From contig CAVZKD010000007.1 in NCBI GenBank assembly GCA_963775735.1, positions 1,242,487 through 1,306,486 of the forward strand: DNA of 64,000 nt. Direction: 5' to 3'. Position 1 is the first letter of the stretch. Each line of letters opens with the position of its first letter. Both the position numbers and the translations under genes were made by a program. This DNA is from an uncultured Actinomycetes bacterium. Its GTDB lineage: Bacteria > Actinomycetota > UBA4738 > HRBIN12. Of this stretch, positions 58,612 through 64,000 are shown piece after piece. The notes under the pieces are model-generated. The model was not told the DNA's origin. It saw only the letters and a program-made list of their open reading frames with translations, and did no database searches.

Positions 58612-59136
58612 CTACGGTCGGAGCGGAGCGGCGGGGGGTCCGAAGACGAGTCCGTGCTCCTCGAGGAGACCGGGAACGCTCGCGAAGTCGAGCTCGAGCC
58701 CGTAGCGCGCGGCGATCGCCGCGATCAGCTCGCGATCCGGTGGTTCGGCAGGCGGTAGGTCGATGACCTCCTCGAAGTACCGTTCGAAGCCGGCCGGGGA
58801 GATCATCTCGAGGATCCGGGCCGGCTCGTCGCCTGCGTTCCAGAACGTGTGCCAATCGTCGCGCGGCTTCAAGAGCAGGTCGCCGGGTTCCCCGTAGAGG
58901 ATCTCGTCGCCGAGTCGGGCGCCGACACGGCCCTCCAGCACGAAGCTGTACTCGTCCTCCCGGCTGTGGCGATGGAGGGGAGCGGCGAGCGCCCGAGGCG
59001 GCATCGGGTGCTCGACCAGAGCGAACCCGCCTCCCGACCGCTCACCCGAGACCATGAAACGAACCCCGATCGCGCGCAGCTGTCCGGTCTTCCCGTCGTT
59101 CGGTCCCAGCACACGAGCCGCTTCTGCTGACATCAC
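58612..59136 (-). CDS. cupin-domain protein
   Basis: 174 aa. G(x)5HxH(x)3,4E(x)6G-like motif around HRHSREDEYSFVLEG and a second cupin motif. 20 nt upstream of the decarboxylase. Confidence 0.7.
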   Translation of the reverse strand: MMSAEAARVLGPNDGKTGQLRAIGVRFMVSGERSGGGFALVEHPMPPRALAAPLHRHSREDEYSFVLEGRVGARLGDEILYGEPGDLLLKPRDDWHTFWNAGDEPARILEMISPAGFERYFEEVIDLPPAEPPDRELIAAIAARYGLELDFASVPGLLEEHGLVFGPPAAPLRP

Positions 59137-59169
59137 ACATCCCTTCCCGATGGATCGATCCCGGGCGTT

Positions 59170-60300
59170 CTAGCCCCAGATCCGATCCGCGACCGTCGCC
59201 ACGAGGTCGAGCTTCCGCCACTGGGCGTCCTCGTCGATCTGGTTCCCGACCATGACGCTCGCGAACCCGCACTGCGGACTGATCGCCAGGCGTTCCATCC
59301 CGCCGACGTAGCCCGCCGCTTCCTCCATCTTGCGAACGAGGTCGTCCGCGTCCTCGAGTGCCGGGCTCTTCGTCGACACGATCCCCATCACCATGATCGA
59401 GCCGTCGCGCAGGTGCAGGACGGGCTCGAAGCCGCCGTCGCGACCGAGGTCGTCCCACTCGACGAGGAACACGTCGTACGGGAGCTCGCCGAAGACACGT
59501 TCCGCGACCGGTTCGAGCGAACCCTCGCACATCCACGACGATCGGTAGTTCCCCCGGCAGATGTGCAGCGCGACGGTCACGTCGTCTGGGATCCCCTCGA
59601 GCACCGCCGTGTCGGCGGCGATCGCGGCGTCGATCAGCGCGTCGATCGAGCGGCCGGTCGCTTGGAACCGCTCGATCCACGTCGGATCCACGAGGTAGGG
59701 ATACAGCGGGAAGTCGAACTGCACGTATCGCACACCTGCCGAGATCGCGTCGGCGACCAGACCTCGTTCGATCTCGATCGCGTGGGCGACGAACTCGTCG
59801 ATCGATCCGTACCCGTTCGCCACGGTGGTGAGCGGGTGACCGAAGATCGATGCGGCGGGGAAGGCGACCTTGAACGGATGACCGGTGGCGACCTCGGAGA
59901 GGAATCGGGACTCGCGCGCGGCGGGCGAGTCGACCGGCCGGAGGCGCTCGACGATCTCGTGGACGTTCAGCTCGACGGGCTCGTCGCGGTCGTTGCGGAA
60001 GGTGACGGTCTTGCCGGTCCGAACGCCCTCGACCGCGTCGTAGAACGAGTTCATGAACATCCACCTGCGGAACTCGCCGTCCGAGACGACGTCGAGGCCC
60101 ACGTCGATCTGCCTGCGGACCGCCTCTCGGATCGCGACGTCCTCGACCCGGGCGAGTTCGCTCCGGTCCTTGCTCCGTTCCTCCGCGAGCGCGGCCGAGT
60201 GTCCCTGCTCGTAGAACGTCTCGATCGCCGTGCGCAGCTTCGGCGGTCGTAGCAGCGACCCGACGACCTCTGCCCGAGCCGGGCGGCGAACGGAGGGCAT
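59170..60300 (-). CDS. cobalamin-independent methionine synthase (MetE C-terminal-like) family protein
   Basis: 376 aa. VGSLLRPPKL...DVVSDGE...IQFDFPLYPY...HICRGN match the MetE C-terminal domain / UROD-like fold. Confidence 0.8.
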   Translation of the reverse strand: MPSVRRPARAEVVGSLLRPPKLRTAIETFYEQGHSAALAEERSKDRSELARVEDVAIREAVRRQIDVGLDVVSDGEFRRWMFMNSFYDAVEGVRTGKTVTFRNDRDEPVELNVHEIVERLRPVDSPAARESRFLSEVATGHPFKVAFPAASIFGHPLTTVANGYGSIDEFVAHAIEIERGLVADAISAGVRYVQFDFPLYPYLVDPTWIERFQATGRSIDALIDAAIAADTAVLEGIPDDVTVALHICRGNYRSSWMCEGSLEPVAERVFGELPYDVFLVEWDDLGRDGGFEPVLHLRDGSIMVMGIVSTKSPALEDADDLVRKMEEAAGYVGGMERLAISPQCGFASVMVGNQIDEDAQWRKLDLVATVADRIWG

Positions 60301-60334
60301 GTCCGAAGACTAGTCGGGCTTGCTACCTTCGAGG

Positions 60335-60766
60335 GTGGTGGAGGAGAAGGTCTACGACAGCCCGAAGGCCTGGGTGCGACGCCACATCTCCGACTACGTG
60401 CGGACCGGCGGCGCGAAGGGACAGCGGTGGCACGGCGTTGACACGTTGCTGCTCACCACCCGCGGCAGACGGACGGGGAAGCTTCGCCGGACCGCGCTGA
60501 TCTATGGGCGTGACGGCGACCGCTACCTCGTCGTTGCGTCGCGCGGGGGCGCGGATCAGGACCCGAGCTGGTACCGCAACCTGGTCGCCGACCCCGTGGT
60601 TCGGGTGCAGGTGGGGCCGGAGACCTTCGCCGGGCGAGCCCGGCCCGCGACGGCGAAGGAGAAGCCGAAGCTCTGGAAGCGGATGGCCTCGATCTGGCCG
60701 GACTACGACAGCTACCAGGCCAAGACCGACCGCGACATCCCGGTCGTCATCATCGAGCGCGCCTGA
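60335..60766 (+). CDS. deazaflavin(F420)-dependent nitroreductase family protein (DUF385/PNPOx-like)
   Basis: LLTTRGRRTGKLRRTALIYGRDGDRYLVVASRGGADQDPSWYRNLVADPVVRVQVG is a near-canonical DUF385 core. Start GTG 60335/60338 (track TTG 60320). Confidence 0.75.
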   Translation: MVEEKVYDSPKAWVRRHISDYVRTGGAKGQRWHGVDTLLLTTRGRRTGKLRRTALIYGRDGDRYLVVASRGGADQDPSWYRNLVADPVVRVQVGPETFAGRARPATAKEKPKLWKRMASIWPDYDSYQAKTDRDIPVVIIERA

Positions 60767-60771
60767 GCTCT

Positions 60772-61950
60772 TCAGGCCGCATCCCAGCGCACCCAGGTCG
60801 AGTCGGGCGCCCGGAACTCCCAGCCGTTCAGCGTCGGCGGGCGGGCCGGGTCCAGCCGGAGGTTCGGCAGCCGGTCGAGCAGGATCTCGAGCGAGACTCG
60901 GGCGAGGTGCCGTCCGAACCACGCCCCGAGGCAGAAATGGTTGCCGAGCGCGAAGGCGAGATGCGCCCCCTCCTTGCGATGCACGTCGAAGCGGTCGGGG
61001 TCGCTGAACCGCCTCGGGTCGCGGTTCGCGCTCGACAGGACCGCGCCGAGCACCGCGCCCTTGGGGAGCTCCGTCCCGGCGAGCTCGGTCGGCGCCGCCG
61101 TCTGACGGGTCGCGGTCCCGACGGGTCCCGCCCAGCGAAGGGTCTCCTCGACCGCGGGCTTGATGAGCGACCGATCGGCCCGCACCAACTCGAGTTGCTC
61201 CGGGTTCGACCCGAGCGCGATCACCACGAGCGCGATCACGTCGCGCGGCTCCTGCAGGCCGCCCGACAGCATGAGCTTCGTGTTCGCCACGATCTCGTCC
61301 CGCGACATCCGCTCGCCGTCGGGCTCGTGGTGCAGCATCCAGGACAGGACGGAGCCGTCGGGCTCGCCGGCGAGGCGGTCCAAGACGCGTTCGATCACCT
61401 CGCCGAGCGCGGCGCTCGCCTCATCCGCGGGCGCCTGCTTCACGGGATCGCCCTCGAAGTTCGCGAGGCCGGGCATCAGCCCCTCGTTCCATCGGAGCAG
61501 GTCCTCCCAGGCGACCTCGTCGAGGCCGAGCATGAACCGGAGGGCCCGGACGGACATCGGATCGGCGAACTCCCGGAACAGGTCGCACACCCCTCGCGCC
61601 TCGAAGCCGTCGATCAGCTCATGCGCGAGCTTCGGGATCATGCCCTGGGTCCGCTCCTCGACATCGCGGGGGCGGAACGGCGGCTCCACGATGCGGCGGA
61701 TCCGGCGCTGGTCGGGTCCCTCGGATCCGAGCATGTTCCGGCCCATCGTGCGGTTCAGCGTCGAGGGGTCGGTGTCGGCCGTGAAGCGCTCCGGCTCGAG
61801 GCAGACCGTTCGAACGTCGTCGTAGCGGGTCACGAGCCACAGCTGGACCGCCGGGACCCACGACACGGGCTCCTCGTCACGTAGACGCGCGTAGAGCGGA
61901 TACGGATCGCGTTCGAGGTCCTCGAGCGTGATCGTCTCGCCGAACGTCAT
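60772..61950 (-). CDS. cytochrome P450
   Basis: ATG ~61950 (MTFGETITLEDL) overlapping the AhpD-like stop (ATGA). EETLRW (ExxR), FALGNHFCLGAWFG heme-binding Cys loop. Confidence 0.85.
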   Translation of the reverse strand: MTFGETITLEDLERDPYPLYARLRDEEPVSWVPAVQLWLVTRYDDVRTVCLEPERFTADTDPSTLNRTMGRNMLGSEGPDQRRIRRIVEPPFRPRDVEERTQGMIPKLAHELIDGFEARGVCDLFREFADPMSVRALRFMLGLDEVAWEDLLRWNEGLMPGLANFEGDPVKQAPADEASAALGEVIERVLDRLAGEPDGSVLSWMLHHEPDGERMSRDEIVANTKLMLSGGLQEPRDVIALVVIALGSNPEQLELVRADRSLIKPAVEETLRWAGPVGTATRQTAAPTELAGTELPKGAVLGAVLSSANRDPRRFSDPDRFDVHRKEGAHLAFALGNHFCLGAWFGRHLARVSLEILLDRLPNLRLDPARPPTLNGWEFRAPDSTWVRWDAA

Positions 61951-62535
61951 CCGTGCTTCCCCGCCTGCCAGCCGTGCGAACCGATCGTCCGCCGGGCGAA
62001 CGCCGACGGGATCTCTTCGAGATCGGTCGCCATCGTGTCGTTCCACCGGTTCAGGAACCCGAACAGGCCGATGACCGCAAGGAGCTCGACGATCTCGCCG
62101 TCGTCCCAGTGCTCGCGGAGGTCCTCGAAGTGCTCGGATGTCACCGCGTTCGGCACGATCGACGGCATCACGCGCGAAGCGCAGCGCGGCGCGCTCGGCG
62201 TCGTCGTACAGGGGCGAGCGCTCGAAGTCCCACACGTCGGCGATCTTCTGCTCGTTCACGCCGCGGAGCTTCGCGTCCACCGTCTCGTGCGCCTGGCAGT
62301 ATCGGCACCCGGCGGCGGTACTCGCGACGATCGCGACGAGCGGCTTCAGGCCGACCGGCACGGTGCCCGTTCGCCAGATCTGCGTGACGAGCTCGCTGAA
62401 CGCGCGCAGGATCTCGGGACGGCGGGCCATCGTGAACAGGCTGTTCGGGACGAACGACATCGTCTCGTCGTAGAGGCGCCAGAGCTCCTCGAGCTCCGGT
62501 TGGTCCTCCCGGCGGAGCGGCTGCATGTTGGCCAC
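61947..62535 (-). CDS. carboxymuconolactone decarboxylase / AhpD-like family protein (apparent frameshift ~62130-62175)
   Basis: N-part in the frame of track ORF 60772..62535 (GCRYCQAH CxxC...AERAALRFARDAV). C-part is track ORF 61947..62171 (SEHFEDLREHWDDGEIVELLAVIGLFGFLNRWND). Together ~195 aa, the normal family size. Confidence 0.65.
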
Positions 62536-62600
62536 GCCTGCGCGTCCCTTCGCCTCGAACGCGGATACGGCAGACTATGCCGCATCCTCTGGGAGGCGGG

Positions 62601-63404
62601 ATGCGTCGGCTCGAAGGCAAGGTGGCGATCGTCAGCGGCGGCGGGACCGGCATCGGTGCCGCCACCGCCCGGCTGTTCGCGCAGGAGGGGGCGAACGTCG
62701 TCGTCACCGGCCGTCGTCCCGAGCCACTCGAGGCCGTCGCATCCGAGACCGGCGGGCGGGCGGTGCCGGGCGACGTCACGGACCCGGGCCACGCGGAGGC
62801 CGCCGTCGAAGCGGCGCATGGGGCGTTCGGCGGTCTGGATGTCGTGGTCGCGAACGCCGGCGTCGGTTTCGGCGGGGCGGCCGCCGACGTCGACGACGAA
62901 CGCTGGCAGCGGACGATCGACGTGAACCTCACGGGAGCGTTCCGGCTCGCGCGAGCGGCGATCCCGGCGCTCCTGGAGCGCGGAGGCGGCTCGATCACGT
63001 TGGTCTCGAGCGTCTCCGGACTGGTCATCGGCACCGATTCCGCCGCGTACTCGGCGTCGAAGGCCGCGATGTTCGGCCTCGTCCGCTCGATCGCGGTGGA
63101 CTACGGCCCTCGCGGGATCCGAGCGAACGCGCTCTGCCCCGGCTGGGTGGTCACGCCGATGGCCGACGCGTCGATGGATCGGCTCGCCGAGCGTCGGGGG
63201 GTGACTCGGGAGGAGGCGTACCGGCTGGTGGCCGCCCACATCCCGCTCCGGCGGCCGGCGGCACCGGAGGAGATCGCGTCCTGCGCGCTGTTCCTCGCGA
63301 GCGACGAGTCCTCGAACGTGACCGGCACGATGCTCGTCTCGGACGGCGGCGGGACGGCGGTCGACGTGGGTGAGCTCGTGTTCGACGAAGAGGAGACGAG
63401 TTGA
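62601..63404 (+). CDS. SDR-family short-chain dehydrogenase/reductase
   Basis: ATG 62601 with gggagg RBS. VAIVSGGGTGIG (TGxxxGxG), NAG, YSASK (YxxxK). Confidence 0.85.
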   Translation: MRRLEGKVAIVSGGGTGIGAATARLFAQEGANVVVTGRRPEPLEAVASETGGRAVPGDVTDPGHAEAAVEAAHGAFGGLDVVVANAGVGFGGAAADVDDERWQRTIDVNLTGAFRLARAAIPALLERGGGSITLVSSVSGLVIGTDSAAYSASKAAMFGLVRSIAVDYGPRGIRANALCPGWVVTPMADASMDRLAERRGVTREEAYRLVAAHIPLRRPAAPEEIASCALFLASDESSNVTGTMLVSDGGGTAVDVGELVFDEEETS

Positions 63405-63423
63405 CCTTTGCCGACCGCGATCC

Positions 63424-64000
63424 TCAGGACACGAGCCGTGCCACGCGCTCCACGACGTCGCGACAGAAGGAGCCGATGAGCGCCGGGTCGTCGACGAACT
63501 GCGAGGGCTTGATGCAGATCGTCGTGCACCCGCGCTCGAGCTGACCCGGGATCGTGGCGAGCGCCTCGCCGAGGTCGGCGACGCTCGTCGCATCGGGGAA
63601 CCTGCCCCGCGTGCCGCCGACCATCTCGAGATCGGCCGGGTCGCGGCCCGCCGCCTCCATCGCCCCTCGCACGCGGACGAGATCCTCGTCGCTCGGCGCA
63701 CCGAGGGGGTTGAAGCCGCTCCCGTAGGCGACCAGCCGCCGGAGCAGCCGATCGTGCACGGTCTCCCCGCCGAACCACAGCGCTGGGCCCTCTGGCCGGA
63801 ACGGCTTCGGCTCCAGGGACACGTCCGAGAAGCGGTAGTGGCGGCCCTCGAAGGACGCCGGCGACCCGCGCCACAGGACCCGCCACGCCGCGAGATGCTC
63901 GTCGAGCAGCGCGCCTCGCGATCTCGAACGGGACGCCGAGCGCCTCGTACTCGTCGCGATGCCACGAGACCGTCGGCTGCACCACGAGCCGGCCCTCCGA
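63424..64000 (-). CDS. luciferase-like monooxygenase (LLM, F420-dependent class) oxidoreductase, partial, with apparent frameshift ~63825-63900
   Basis: C-terminal half is track ORF 63424..63822 (SLEPKPFRPEGPALWFGGETVH...). Upstream part (HRDEYEALGVPFE) is in the frame of track ORF 63101..63985. Gene runs off the window end. Confidence 0.6.
   Translation of the reverse strand, partial: RRAGSWCSRRSRGIATSTRRSASRSRSRGALLDEHLAAWRVLWRGSPASFEGRHYRFSDVSLEPKPFRPEGPALWFGGETVHDRLLRRLVAYGSGFNPLGAPSDEDLVRVRGAMEAAGRDPADLEMVGGTRGRFPDATSVADLGEALATIPGQLERGCTTICIKPSQFVDDPALIGSFCRDVVERVARLVS

Noticed and set aside
61947-62175. Apparent extra G at ~62100 and extra C at ~54720 in my hand reading of the sequence text
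   Set aside because: These conflict with the supplied ORF track (which is internally consistent), so I attribute them to my own base-counting error rather than to additional frameshifts. Coordinates of hand-derived internal starts may therefore be off by 1-3 nt.
1-64000. CRISPR arrays, integrases, transposases, restriction-modification or other recognisable defence genes
   Set aside because: Looked for regularly spaced direct repeats and for recombinase/nuclease/helicase/methyltransferase motifs on both strands. None found. The only repeats are coding-region tandem repeats and one hexamer microsatellite.

Overview
High-GC (~70%) bacterial chromosomal window. Gene content and synteny look like Actinomycetota: valS-folC-ndk, tig-clpP-clpX with a single clpP, FHA/Ser-Thr kinase pairs, and F420-type enzymes (DUF385 nitroreductase, luciferase-like monooxygenase (LLM)). 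I call about 65 CDS and 3 tRNAs (Pro-TGG, Gly-TCC, Arg-TCT). Most long ORFs in the six-frame track are antisense or out-of-frame GC artefacts, or fusions of adjacent genes; I resolved real genes by protein content. Internal start coordinates I derived by hand may be off by 1-3 nt.

Layout:
- 1-12.6 kb: housekeeping (ndk, folC, valS, a cyclase-AAA-TPR regulator, clpX, clpP, tig, a histidinol-phosphatase/IMPase-family gene).
- 12.6-20 kb: tRNA-Pro, two FHA proteins plus a Ser/Thr kinase, a CPA2 antiporter, and an FMO-like oxidoreductase with a membrane partner.
- 20-26.8 kb: a complete System I cytochrome c maturation set, ccmABCD (+) convergent with phzF-ccmEFGHI (-).
- 26.8-34.7 kb: azlCD, tRNA-Gly, a beta-carbonic anhydrase, an amidohydrolase-ALDH operon, a cNMP-binding protein and a SHOCT-domain protein.
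- 34.6-37.7 kb: a tRNA-Arg-flanked, lower-GC, repeat-rich variable segment with an orphan secreted protein.
- 37.7-53.4 kb: a polysaccharide/O-antigen-like locus (Wzc, Gmd, Fcl, four glycosyltransferases, a deacetylase, Wzx, Wzy, WbaP) that contains an unusual nucleotidyltransferase / P-loop / APH-kinase tri-domain protein.
- 53.5-64 kb: zinc-ribbon proteins, purE, a Ser/Thr kinase with a beta-propeller, cupin plus PLP-decarboxylase, a MetE-like gene, and an F420/P450 redox cluster.

The most striking sequence-level feature is that at least eight conserved genes, including essential valS, carry apparent 1-nt frameshifts. I read this as assembly indels rather than pseudogenes. I found no CRISPR array, integrase or transposase.
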